NCBI GenBank assembly: GCA_902595715.1
Contig: CACJRI010000002.1
Coordinates: forward strand, 53,449 to 117,448
DNA length: 64,000 nucleotides
Source of the DNA: an uncultured SAR86 cluster bacterium
GTDB lineage: Bacteria; Pseudomonadota; Gammaproteobacteria; Magnimaribacterales; AG-339-G14
Reading direction: 5' to 3'
The first letter of the stretch is position 1, and every line of letters begins with the position of its first letter. The translations under genes were made by a program, and so were the position numbers. Below the pieces are notes generated by a model. That model was not told the origin of the DNA. It ran no database searches and saw nothing but the letters and a program-made list of their open reading frames with translations. Below, piece by piece: positions 29,127 to 38,236 of this stretch.

Positions 29127-29945
29127 TTATTTCCACTTCGCTGATGGTGGCATGGACATCAGGATGGCTTCTGTAGATCCTCCTGTTTTTAAACCAAACA
29201 AAGTGCCTCTATCCCAAATCAAATTGAATTCGACATAGCGCCCTCTTTTGATTAGTTGTTGTTCTTTTTCTTCCTCGGTCCAGTCTAAGTCTTTTTTGTT
29301 AGATACGGTTTGTTTAATAATATTCAGAGTGGTTGAACCAAGCTCTTTTACAAAATCAAAATCGTCTTCCCAGTTTCCGGTATTCAAATGATCAAAAAAA
29401 ATGCCGCCGACTCCTCTAGGCTCATCTCGGTGTGCAAGATAGAAATATTCATCACAATTTTTTTTAAAATCCGAGTAATAGTTATCGTCTGATTTATCAC
29501 ATGCTTCTTTTAATTTGGAGTGAAAAAGCTTGGTTTCTTTATCGTCTGGAATTGATGGAGTCATATCTGTTCCGCCTCCAAACCAATTTTCACCGGTAGC
29601 TAAAAATCTCGTATTGAAATGAAAAGCTGGCACCTTGGGTGATTGCATGTGAGCAACCAAACTGATCCCCGAAGCCCAATACTTTGCAGATTTTTCTGTT
29701 CCTTTGATTTGAGATTTAAAATCATCAGAAAATTCACCCGCAACAGTTGAAATATTTACCCCAACCTTTTCAAACACCTCGCCCTTTAGAATGCTTATTT
29801 CGCCTCCGCCAGAACCTTTATGATTCCATTTTTTTCTTTCAAACTTTCCGCCATCTAATTCTTCAAAGGCAGCGCAAAATTGATCTCTCAAAGATCTAAA
29901 CCATTGAGATGCTGAATCTTTTTTTTCATCTAAACTGTTGGTCAT
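29127..29945 (-). CDS. hemF: oxygen-dependent coproporphyrinogen III oxidase
   Basis: GGGEISILKGEVFEKVGVN, WFGGGTDMTP, HRDEPRGVGGIFFD, RRGRYVEFNL..DRGT.FGL motifs. Confidence 0.9.
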   Translation of the reverse strand: MTNSLDEKKDSASQWFRSLRDQFCAAFEELDGGKFERKKWNHKGSGGGEISILKGEVFEKVGVNISTVAGEFSDDFKSQIKGTEKSAKYWASGISLVAHMQSPKVPAFHFNTRFLATGENWFGGGTDMTPSIPDDKETKLFHSKLKEACDKSDDNYYSDFKKNCDEYFYLAHRDEPRGVGGIFFDHLNTGNWEDDFDFVKELGSTTLNIIKQTVSNKKDLDWTEEEKEQQLIKRGRYVEFNLIWDRGTLFGLKTGGSTEAILMSMPPSAKWK

Positions 29946-30958
29946 AGTTGGGATATTTTATTTGCAATTAAATTATTGATGGCTTCTACGTGCTCGTCAT
30001 TATCATTTAAGCAAGCTATGTAATGGAAATCTTCGCCTCCAGAATCCAAGAATATTTCTTTATTTTCTTCATCGATTTCTTCTATGGTTTCTAAACAATC
30101 CATACTAAATCCTGGTGATAAAATTAGGATTTTCTTTACTCCTTCTTTTGGTAATTTTTCCATCAGCTCACTTGTATAGGGTTTTAACCACTCTCTTCCG
30201 GCTGCTGCTAATCTCGATTGAAAACTGGTGATGTACTGATTTTCTTCAAGCCCTAAAGCTTCTGCAACTAAGCGAGAAGTCTTCTGACAAAAACAATGGT
30301 AAGGATCTCCTTCTTCAAAATATTTTTTTGGAATGCCGTGATAAGAAAAAACCACCATGTTCTGTTTTCCATAAAATTCATGAGTTTTTATAGTTTTAGC
30401 CAATGAGTTTACATACTCAGAATTGTCATGGTAGCCGCTCACAAAATGCAAACTAGGTACCCATCGCCATCTTGAAAGAATTGCGCTCACCTTATCGAAT
30501 ATTGTTGCTGCAGTTACTGCAGAATATTGAGGAAACAAAGGTAAGAGTAAAATTTTTCGACAATTTTTCTCCTTCAAACTCAATAAAGCTTTTTCAAGAC
30601 TTGGATTTCCATAGCGCATGGCTAATTCAAATTCTAAAGATTCAGAATTTTCATTGAGGTTTTTTATCTTGCTTAAAAATCTCTTTGAATAAACCAGCAA
30701 CGGCGAGCCGTCTTCAAGCCATACTGATTTATAAAGAGCTGCTGATTTTCTTGGTCTAAAAGGCAAAATAAAGAGATTAAGTACAAACCACCAGATTATT
30801 TTTGGTACTTCTATGACTCTCGTATCTGATAAAAATTCTCTAAGGTATTTTCTTACATCTTTTGTAGAGTAACTATCTGGCGAACCAAGATTGCATATAA
30901 TCACTCCAACTTTTTGCTTGTCTTCATGGGAAAAATTCTTTTCACCTAAAAAACTCAT
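29942..30958 (-). CDS. hemH: ferrochelatase
   Basis: GVIICNLGSPDS, LFPQYS, FSYHGIP and FQSR motifs; 338 aa. Confidence 0.9.
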   Translation of the reverse strand: MSFLGEKNFSHEDKQKVGVIICNLGSPDSYSTKDVRKYLREFLSDTRVIEVPKIIWWFVLNLFILPFRPRKSAALYKSVWLEDGSPLLVYSKRFLSKIKNLNENSESLEFELAMRYGNPSLEKALLSLKEKNCRKILLLPLFPQYSAVTAATIFDKVSAILSRWRWVPSLHFVSGYHDNSEYVNSLAKTIKTHEFYGKQNMVVFSYHGIPKKYFEEGDPYHCFCQKTSRLVAEALGLEENQYITSFQSRLAAAGREWLKPYTSELMEKLPKEGVKKILILSPGFSMDCLETIEEIDEENKEIFLDSGGEDFHYIACLNDNDEHVEAINNLIANKISQL

Positions 30959-31974
30959 AAATAAGACCTTACCTTTTTTACAAAATGTTTAACATTTTCT
31001 TGAGGTGTGGTCTTGATAACGCCATGGCCAAGTCCACATACCCAACCTTTTCTATCCTCTAATGAAAGAGAGGAAATGTCTTCTAGAAATAAGTTCAGAG
31101 CTTTATCAAATTCATTGAAATCCATAGATATAGCCTTTTCACTGAAATTACCTTGAATGAACCCATCTTTCCTTTTTGCGAAAATATCTTGAATTCTTAC
31201 ATTTGAATCTACCCCAATTCCTGCAAAAGGAACTTCATAGCTGTCAGATGCAGCAAAGATATCATCATAAGAAACTCCATCTTTTGCATAGTAACCAACT
31301 TGGTTAGGAAAATTCTTTACCAACTTACTTAAAATTTTATTGAGGTAAATAGATAAATCATCTTTAGCAAGCTGGTGAGCACAAGAATCAAAAATCATTA
31401 CCAGTTCAGCTCCAGCCTGCAATTGCAAAGAAATATTTTTATGTAAAAGAGGATAGATATAATCTTCTAAAATTGCCCATTGGTAGCTTTCTATTTTTCC
31501 TATCTTGTCTAATTTATTTTTCGCTGAGGCAAAAGATAACAATGTCCATGGTCCACCAATAAAGCCAATCATCGACTTATCGTCTGGAAGCAGTTCCATC
31601 GTTCTTTCAATAGCCTCCCCTTGGAATTCCAGAGAAGAAATAGGATCATTGTTAACAAGAATTCTGGAGGCGTTTTCTTCTGCTAGATGTTCTTTGAATA
31701 TTGGACCGGGATCATAAATCAAATCCATGCCTAAAGACTCCAAGGGAAAAAGAATGTCGCTGAATAAAATAGCGACATCAAAGTCAAATTCTTCTATTGG
31801 GCCCAGAGCAGTTTGAGCTGACAAGGCAGGACTTTTACAAAGCTCAACGAAAGAGTGAGATTTCTTAAGATTTTGATAATGATCATGATATCTGCCAGCT
31901 TGGCGCATAAACCATATTGGCGGAATTTCCTGAGGAACCCGATTCAAAGCATTTTGAAACCTGGAGTTACGCAT
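30955..31974 (-). CDS. hemE: uroporphyrinogen decarboxylase
   Basis: PPIWFMRQAGRY N-terminal signature and ILFSDIL. 4-nt overlap with hemH. Confidence 0.9.
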   Translation of the reverse strand: MRNSRFQNALNRVPQEIPPIWFMRQAGRYHDHYQNLKKSHSFVELCKSPALSAQTALGPIEEFDFDVAILFSDILFPLESLGMDLIYDPGPIFKEHLAEENASRILVNNDPISSLEFQGEAIERTMELLPDDKSMIGFIGGPWTLLSFASAKNKLDKIGKIESYQWAILEDYIYPLLHKNISLQLQAGAELVMIFDSCAHQLAKDDLSIYLNKILSKLVKNFPNQVGYYAKDGVSYDDIFAASDSYEVPFAGIGVDSNVRIQDIFAKRKDGFIQGNFSEKAISMDFNEFDKALNLFLEDISSLSLEDRKGWVCGLGHGVIKTTPQENVKHFVKKVRSYL

Positions 31975-31981
31975 ATAAAAA

Positions 31982-32977
31982 TTATAGATTTTTTGCTATC
32001 TCTTTTGCGGCATAAGTTAAGATGCAATCTGCACCAGCTCGCTTAAATGAAAGAAGCGATTCAAATATAACATCCTCACTCAGCCAGTTTTTTTCAACTG
32101 CTGCTTTCAACATAGCGTATTCACCGCTTACTTGATAAACAAAGGTTGGCATTTGGAATTTTTCTTTAACTGCCTTTACTACGTCAAGATAAGGCATACC
32201 TGGTTTTACCATAACAATATCAGCACCTTCATTTATGTCCAAGGCAACCTCGTGAAGAGCTTCATCAATGTTTGCAACAGCCATTTGATAAGTATCTTTT
32301 GTTTTGTTTCCAAAAAATTTTGCAGATTCTACTGCCTCTTTAAAAGGACCATAGAACTTAGAACTGTATTTTGCTGAGTAAGCTAGAATCATAGTATTTT
32401 TAAAGCTCTTTTCTTCAAGGGCTTTCCGTATAACTCCAACTCTGCCATCCATCATGTCAGATGGAGCAATAATGTCTGTACCTGCTTGAGCTAGCTGCAA
32501 TGCCTGACCTTCCAGAATTTTGAGTGTCGTATCATTATCAACATCACCAACTGAATTTAATAAGCCATCATGTCCATGAGTTGTGTACGGATCTAAAGCT
32601 ACGTCAGCAATAACTAGAATTTCCGGAAAATTTTGTTTTATTGTCTTTATGACTTTATTGAGAAAATTATTTTCATTTATTGCCTCAGAACCTTTCTCGT
32701 CTTTCTTGTCTTCATCTATCACAGGAAAAATTGCTACCGCCTTGATACCTAAACTCACTAGCTCTTCGATTTCTTTGAGAATACTTTTTTCTGTGTGTCT
32801 AAAAATTCCAACTAGGGATTCTATTTCTTCTTTTTCTTTTATGGATTCCTTAACAAAAATAGGCTGAATTAAATCGTCAATTGACAATTTATTTTCTGCC
32901 ACAAGATCTCTAATAGATTGATTTGATCGTAGTCTTCTCAGTCTAGATAGTGGATATTTTCTCTTAAAATTTGCCAT
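31982..32977 (-). CDS. hemB: porphobilinogen synthase (Asp-rich, Mg-type metal site)
   Basis: RLRRLR, ADVALDPYTTHGHDG (Asp-rich rather than Cys-rich site), PSDMMDGRV, the active-site Lys context MVKPG, and YQVSGEYAM. Confidence 0.95.
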   Translation of the reverse strand: MANFKRKYPLSRLRRLRSNQSIRDLVAENKLSIDDLIQPIFVKESIKEKEEIESLVGIFRHTEKSILKEIEELVSLGIKAVAIFPVIDEDKKDEKGSEAINENNFLNKVIKTIKQNFPEILVIADVALDPYTTHGHDGLLNSVGDVDNDTTLKILEGQALQLAQAGTDIIAPSDMMDGRVGVIRKALEEKSFKNTMILAYSAKYSSKFYGPFKEAVESAKFFGNKTKDTYQMAVANIDEALHEVALDINEGADIVMVKPGMPYLDVVKAVKEKFQMPTFVYQVSGEYAMLKAAVEKNWLSEDVIFESLLSFKRAGADCILTYAAKEIAKNL

Positions 32978-32999
32978 ATCGGGTAAACAGGTGCGTAGC

Positions 33000-34508
33000 T
33001 TACTTTGCTTCGTTTATTTTTTCCAGCCAGTCTTCATAGTTTAAAAAAGGCTTTATTTTATTAGGATATAGTTTGTTCAACTCATCAAAAGTTTTGCCCA
33101 AACCACAGGAATGTTCTGCTTTTTCAATGCTTGGAAATCTTTTCAAAGCTTCTTGGAATGAACTAATAGACATCCAATAGAAATGAGAATATTTAGATAA
33201 ATCTTCTATATCTTTTTCAGGAACTAATTTATATGTAGCAAGGAGTTTTTTATCCTTAGATTGTGAATCAATATGAGAAACCAAAAACCATTTTACCTCT
33301 TTCAGGAACGATTCCGGTTTAGACTGTTCTTCACCTAAACTGTCTGAAGTCCCATTTACCCATATTCCTTTCTTAGCTAATTTAAACCAATTTTCTATGC
33401 CACTTGTCCAAATGACATTGGATAAATCAATTTCTGTGCCTGTTTCTATTGAGCTTGCTCTAGATATGTACAAACCAGAATTTTTAATAGTCTTTATCTC
33501 ATTAATACCGTCATTGATTTTTGATCGGGAAAATAATTTGAAATCCTTTTTTAACTTTGGGTAGAAATCTTTTATGGGATTTTCAAGTCTAGAAAATTCT
33601 TTCTTGAAAGGTATAAAAGACCTTTTATCAATGAGTTCATTATCTGGCGTTAGGCCTTTCTCAGTCGTGATTTTTCCTAGTGGGTGATTTTCTATACTTA
33701 CACCAATTTTTTGATGACAGCCTCCACCGTATTTTTTGAGTTTCTTTCTTTCATCTTCTACATCTTTAAAAACATCTAAATCATTGATTTCATTGAGTAA
33801 TTCAAATACTTTTTTATTTCCTGATTTTACCTCAATAGCCAATGCTCCCTGACCAGGCGCACATGGATTTTGCGAACATGGAATCACCATCCACAAAAAT
33901 GTATTCAGGTCTTCTTTAAAAGAATCTAATTCACTAAAACCCTTTTCTGAAGAAAATAGCAATCGGTCTAAAGCAGCTTTAGCTATTACTAAACCATCTG
34001 CATTTGAATCTTTAAGTTTTTGAACTCTAGTCAAAATATTACCCCTGATATCAGGAAAGCTGAGAGAGTCTATTTCAAAAGGAAAAGCTTTCTTTAAAAA
34101 CTTTGATAGATTTTCTTGTCTTCTTGGCGATGAAGTAAAGATTTCTAATTTTTTATTTTTGAAGGAGCTCTTCTTAAAGATCAATACGTCCCTTTGATCT
34201 GCTCTTTTTATGGTTGCAGCAACTTCTGTCCCTTCCTCAAGATTAACCGGAAGGTCTTTCCAAGAATGCACAGCAATATCTGCTTTGTTAGTTAATAATT
34301 CTTCCCTAATGTCTGAAGTAAAAACACCCATTTCAGGCATTTTGTGCAGGGGCGTTGTTAAATCTATATCTCCTGAAGTATCTTTAGTCTTAAAAATAAT
34401 TTTAAGTTCAGGAAATTTTCTTTTAATCGCCTCAGAAACTTCAATTGCTTGAAGTTTTGCAAGAGTACTTTTTCTAGAAATGATAGTTAACTCATTCATT
34501 ATAACCAA
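33000..34508 (-). CDS. hemC: hydroxymethylbilane synthase with ~200-aa C-terminal extension (candidate HemC-HemD fusion)
   Basis: The N-terminal ~295 aa carry HemC motifs: ISRKSTLA..Q, ADIAVHSWKDLP, TSSPRRQ, RGNILTRVQKL, GQGALAIE and the cofactor-Cys context GGGCHQKIG. Residues ~300-502 have no HemC counterpart. Confidence 0.75.
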   Translation of the reverse strand: MVIMNELTIISRKSTLAKLQAIEVSEAIKRKFPELKIIFKTKDTSGDIDLTTPLHKMPEMGVFTSDIREELLTNKADIAVHSWKDLPVNLEEGTEVAATIKRADQRDVLIFKKSSFKNKKLEIFTSSPRRQENLSKFLKKAFPFEIDSLSFPDIRGNILTRVQKLKDSNADGLVIAKAALDRLLFSSEKGFSELDSFKEDLNTFLWMVIPCSQNPCAPGQGALAIEVKSGNKKVFELLNEINDLDVFKDVEDERKKLKKYGGGCHQKIGVSIENHPLGKITTEKGLTPDNELIDKRSFIPFKKEFSRLENPIKDFYPKLKKDFKLFSRSKINDGINEIKTIKNSGLYISRASSIETGTEIDLSNVIWTSGIENWFKLAKKGIWVNGTSDSLGEEQSKPESFLKEVKWFLVSHIDSQSKDKKLLATYKLVPEKDIEDLSKYSHFYWMSISSFQEALKRFPSIEKAEHSCGLGKTFDELNKLYPNKIKPFLNYEDWLEKINEAK

Positions 34509-34609
34509 TCCTTATAAACAACTATATTATTATAATCCTCTTAAATTTAAATATTTAGTTTGAACGCTTTTACGTCTATAGTAATGTTCAAATCCTTCTT
34601 GGAGATGAA

Positions 34610-35860
34610 ATGAACTACAAAAAATATTTTTCTGATGAGTTAACCTCGTTAAAATCTCAAGGTCTCTACAGAAAATTTAGAGAAATTAATAGAGATAAAA
34701 AACATTTCCCTCGAGCTACAGAAAGATTCGAAGGTAATGAAAGACCGGTTGAGGTTTGGTGTAGCAATGACTACTTGAATTTAAGTCAACATCCAGAAGT
34801 AATTAAAAGATCTATCGAGGTAATCCAAGAATTAGGAACCGGTTCTGGAGGAACAAGGAATATTTCTGGAACCTCTTCATATCATGCTGACTTGGAAAAG
34901 GAACTTGCAGACTTGCACCATAAAGAATCCAGTTTAATCTTCCCTTCTGCATATACTGCTAATCAGTCAACTCTTTGGACATTATGCAAAAAACTTGAAG
35001 GTATCGAAGTATTCTCTGACGAACTAAATCATGCATCCATGATTCAGGGAATCAAAAATGCAAATGTTCCTTGTCATATTTTTCGTCATAATGACGTTAG
35101 TCACTTGAGAGAGTTGTTAAATACCTCTAATGCTAGTGTCCCTAAACTTATAGTTCTAGAGTCGCTTTACTCTATGGAAGGTCTCAGATCACCTCTCAAG
35201 CAAATTGTTTCCTTAGCAAAAGAATTTAATGCTTTAACTTATCTTGATGAGGTTCACTCCGTCGGCCTTTATGGGTCAGAAGGCAGAGGAATTGCAGAAG
35301 AGCAAAGCATTAGTGACGAAATAGACATTATAAACGGTACTTTATCCAAAGCTTTTGGCCAAATGGGGGGCTACGTTGCAGCTAGTTCCGACATTATTGA
35401 TTTCATCAGAAGTTTTGCTCCAGGTTTTATTTTTACTTCTTCTGCAAACCCAAGTATCGCGGCTGCTTCAATTAAAGCAATCGAAATAGCAAAGAAATCT
35501 GAACATCTTAGAGAAGATATCAGACAAAATTCCAACTTAATAAGAGCTGGGTTAAGAGACTTGCAAATTCCTCATCTAGATAACGATAGTCATATCATTC
35601 CCATTCATCTTGAAGACCCAAGATTATGTAAAAATGCTGCGAATCTTTTGATTGAGGAGCACGGAATTTACATTCAACCTGTGTTCTACCCAACAGTTCC
35701 AAAAGGCGATGAGAGATTTAGGGTGACCATTACTCCAAAACATCAAGCTGAAGATATACAAAGATTTTTGCTCTCATTAAATCAAGTGTGGGATAAGTTA
35801 AGTCTTCGAAGGGAAGCAGTTTCTGACAAATCTGATAATCAAGTTAGAAAAATTTATTAA
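34610..35860 (+). CDS. hemA: 5-aminolevulinate synthase (Shemin/C4 pathway)
   Basis: YRKF..I.R....FP.A, VWCSNDYL, GSGGTRNISGT..YH..LE.ELADLH.KE, LNHASMIQGIK, IFRHNDVSHLRELL, YLDEVHSVG, NGTLSKAFG..GGY.AAS, APGFIFT and YIQP..YPTVPKG.ERFR all track Rhodobacter ALAS. The fit is better than to KBL or BioF. Confidence 0.9.
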   Translation: MNYKKYFSDELTSLKSQGLYRKFREINRDKKHFPRATERFEGNERPVEVWCSNDYLNLSQHPEVIKRSIEVIQELGTGSGGTRNISGTSSYHADLEKELADLHHKESSLIFPSAYTANQSTLWTLCKKLEGIEVFSDELNHASMIQGIKNANVPCHIFRHNDVSHLRELLNTSNASVPKLIVLESLYSMEGLRSPLKQIVSLAKEFNALTYLDEVHSVGLYGSEGRGIAEEQSISDEIDIINGTLSKAFGQMGGYVAASSDIIDFIRSFAPGFIFTSSANPSIAAASIKAIEIAKKSEHLREDIRQNSNLIRAGLRDLQIPHLDNDSHIIPIHLEDPRLCKNAANLLIEEHGIYIQPVFYPTVPKGDERFRVTITPKHQAEDIQRFLLSLNQVWDKLSLRREAVSDKSDNQVRKIY

Positions 35861-35876
35861 TGCTCTATAAAGCGAA

Positions 35877-35903
35877 ATCCCGCCGTTAAGCGGGATCTCT
35901 TTT
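35877..35903 (+). terminator. intrinsic terminator after ALAS
   Basis: 7-bp GC-rich stem ATCCCGC / GCGGGAT (35877-35883 / 35890-35896) with a 6-nt loop, followed by CTCTTTTC. Confidence 0.6.
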
Positions 35904-36022
35904 CTAAAAACTTTAATGAAAAATCAGGGGGAGATCTTTAAGAGATATGCCATGAGATGAAATGAAAAGGCTACTCTAAAAATCCTCTATATTTCCATTA
36001 ATGTTTTTTACCTCTCCTAAAA

Positions 36023-38128
36023 TTAAAAATTTCGAGAATAGGATATTCTTACATTCTGAGACTCTCCTACAGAAACCTGATGATTTGAGTGAGAATGAGG
36101 ATAGTAGGTTTCATCACCTAAATTCTCTATATTTATTCTCACAGAGTCATTTTCGTTTGGAGTTATGCTCATAGCCATATCAAACCTAGTGTAATCCGGC
36201 AATAAAGGTCCAGTAGCCGAGTTAATTACTGACTCATCCTGATAAGTTGCTCCTAAACTAATTGAGAACATCTCATTAGCTTGATGCGTGTACCATATAG
36301 AATAAGTTAACTCAGGAACTTCTCTTGCTTTGTCACCGGCGGTATTTCTTTCTGCATCAACAGAGGCTAAACCAAATCTAATAGCATTACTTTCGTTTAT
36401 TTCACCGTTCAAGGTTATTTCAAAACCGTCCATGGCAAGCGCTCTAGTTTCAGTATTACCTGATCCATCTTCGGCAGCTTTTATCTGCTCCATGTCAAAA
36501 TAACTAACTGCAAGTGAGAGACCTGAATCGGTATCATACTTAAAACCAACCTCAGTGTTTTCGAAAACATCTGGATCAAATTTTTCACCGCTAGATCCAA
36601 AAGTTTTATATTGCTCGCCAGAACGAGGCAGGAAACTTTCGCTGTAACTCAAATACAAAGACATATTTTCTTGTGGCTTGAAGATAAGACCTAATCTAGG
36701 AGAAACGTAAGAATCATCTCTTCCTTCATTAGCGTCTGTTCCGTTGACAGCTCCTTTACCTTCATTGACTCCGCTAGATGGTGTAGTTATGCCGTATTGT
36801 TTAATTTTTGTGCTGACATCATCATAACGTGCGCCCAAAACCATTTTCCATTGATCAGACAAATCTAGGTTCCCAGAGATATAAAGAGAGGTTACTTCTA
36901 TATCAGTATCTGATTTATTATTTAAATCGGATGTGTAATCAACATAAGTTAAATTACCATCGGCATCAACATTGAAGTTCAAGGGTTTTACGGTTTGCGA
37001 CGTGAGTGCAAATGTTTCATTATCGTCCTTCGTTGTTGACCAAAAAGTGTTGTAACGGAAATTTTTGTTTTCGGTATCTAAAATTTCAAGTCCCACTGCT
37101 AATGTACCTCTATCAAACTCGTTTACATTGCTCAGAGCAATTGCAAGGGTTTCTCGGGCCGTTACATCTCGATAACCATCAAGAGTAACAATGCCAGCAG
37201 CATAGTCTGAGGCATAAAGGTTTTTATACATTTTATTAAAGTCATTAGCTGTAACGTTGAAAGTTAGTTTTCCTTTATCAGAATAATTATGGACTAATGT
37301 ACCTTTAAGAATATTGGCTTCAAGAGTTGTTTTATTTAGATCAGAAGTTCCAATAACAAAATCATTTAGTGCATCGATAGGAAAATTAGTTCCTCCTGTT
37401 ACGTCATCTGTAGGTATACCTCTGTCAACAAACCTTTCGTGATTTGCATACTCGTAAGATATGTCTATAGATGTGTCTGTATCAATTTGAAACTTCATTG
37501 TGGGATTAATTCCAACTCTTTCACCATCAAACATATCTCTATGATTTGCAAGCGAGTCAGCATGGAAATTTAAACGAAAAGCTATGTTATCGCTTACTTC
37601 AATGTTTCCATCTAAAGAAATATCATTACCCCCAAAAGAATCAACACCTGTATCTAAATTACCGAAAGTCTCTCCAATCTGAGCAGTTTTAGATACTCTG
37701 TTAATCAAACCACCTGTTCCACCTCGACCAAATAAAAGGGCATTAGCACCTTTGATTATTTCAACTTGTTCAACGTTGTACAGTGATCTGTAATATTGGA
37801 CATCATCTCTGACTCCATCTTGATAAAAGTCTGCTGTAGACCTTACGCCTCTGAAGACTACTGCATCCCTGTGACCCTCTCCTTGAGAAGTATTAACTCC
37901 AGGTGTATATCTTATAAGGTCTCCTATTTGTCTAAAACCTTGATTTCTGATGTCATCGTCAGTAATGACTGATACTGATTGAGGCACATCTAATACAGGC
38001 ATCGGAGGTTTAAGCGAATTAACTTGATCTTTGAAAAGAATCTTCCCCTTTACTTGAAGTTCTTCATCTTGAGCAAATACTGGAGATATAGATAAAACCA
38101 GTGCAATAGAATAAATAAATTTTTTCAT
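36023..38128 (-). CDS. TonB-dependent siderophore receptor (catecholate/Fiu-like)
   Basis: Signal peptide MKKFIYSIALVLSISPVFAQ from the ATG at 38128 (AAGGGGA SD upstream). Plug motifs VITDDDIRNQG, GEGHRDAVVFRG, FYQDGVRDD.QYYR and GRGGTGGLINRVSK. C-terminal ...RISYSRNF ends in Phe. The track's longer start (38215) would run through the promoter and Fur boxes. Confidence 0.85.
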   Translation of the reverse strand: MKKFIYSIALVLSISPVFAQDEELQVKGKILFKDQVNSLKPPMPVLDVPQSVSVITDDDIRNQGFRQIGDLIRYTPGVNTSQGEGHRDAVVFRGVRSTADFYQDGVRDDVQYYRSLYNVEQVEIIKGANALLFGRGGTGGLINRVSKTAQIGETFGNLDTGVDSFGGNDISLDGNIEVSDNIAFRLNFHADSLANHRDMFDGERVGINPTMKFQIDTDTSIDISYEYANHERFVDRGIPTDDVTGGTNFPIDALNDFVIGTSDLNKTTLEANILKGTLVHNYSDKGKLTFNVTANDFNKMYKNLYASDYAAGIVTLDGYRDVTARETLAIALSNVNEFDRGTLAVGLEILDTENKNFRYNTFWSTTKDDNETFALTSQTVKPLNFNVDADGNLTYVDYTSDLNNKSDTDIEVTSLYISGNLDLSDQWKMVLGARYDDVSTKIKQYGITTPSSGVNEGKGAVNGTDANEGRDDSYVSPRLGLIFKPQENMSLYLSYSESFLPRSGEQYKTFGSSGEKFDPDVFENTEVGFKYDTDSGLSLAVSYFDMEQIKAAEDGSGNTETRALAMDGFEITLNGEINESNAIRFGLASVDAERNTAGDKAREVPELTYSIWYTHQANEMFSISLGATYQDESVINSATGPLLPDYTRFDMAMSITPNENDSVRINIENLGDETYYPHSHSNHQVSVGESQNVRISYSRNF

Positions 38129-38146
38129 AATAAGTATCCCCTTTTT

Positions 38147-38170
38147 AATAAGAATGATTCTCATATGATA
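38147..38170. promoter_or_regulatory. weaker Fur-box-like site upstream of the siderophore receptor
   Basis: AATAAGAATGATTCTCATATGATA contains the GAATGAT/ATCAT-type hexamers. About 12/19 match to GATAATGATAATCATTATC by hand. Confidence 0.35.
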
Positions 38171-38194
38171 GTGGTTCTCATTATATTTGTAAAT

Positions 38195-38213
38195 GAGAAT
38201 GATTATTATTTTC
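38195..38213. promoter_or_regulatory. Fur-box-like site upstream of the siderophore receptor
   Basis: GAGAATGATTATTATTTTC matches 15/19 positions of the Fur consensus GATAATGATAATCATTATC (hand alignment). It lies in the 108-nt spacer between the FTR1 stop and the receptor start. Confidence 0.5.
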
Positions 38214-38236
38214 AAAAAAGAATATAGTTATTTCTT

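Noticed and set aside
35905-36022. Small ORF (MKNQGEIFKRYAMR) and partial inverted repeats (GAGATCT...AGAGAT) downstream of the siderophore receptor.
   Set aside because: The ORF is too short and lacks an SD, and the repeats are imperfect. The region is more simply the 3' UTR and termination region shared by convergent genes.
38129-38215. The longer N-terminus of the TonB-receptor ORF in the track (MKIIIILIYKYNENHYHMRIILIKKGILI...).
   Set aside because: The extension runs through the AT-rich promoter and Fur-box region. It precedes a perfect signal peptide that starts at the ATG at 38128, which has its own SD. The true start is almost certainly 38128.
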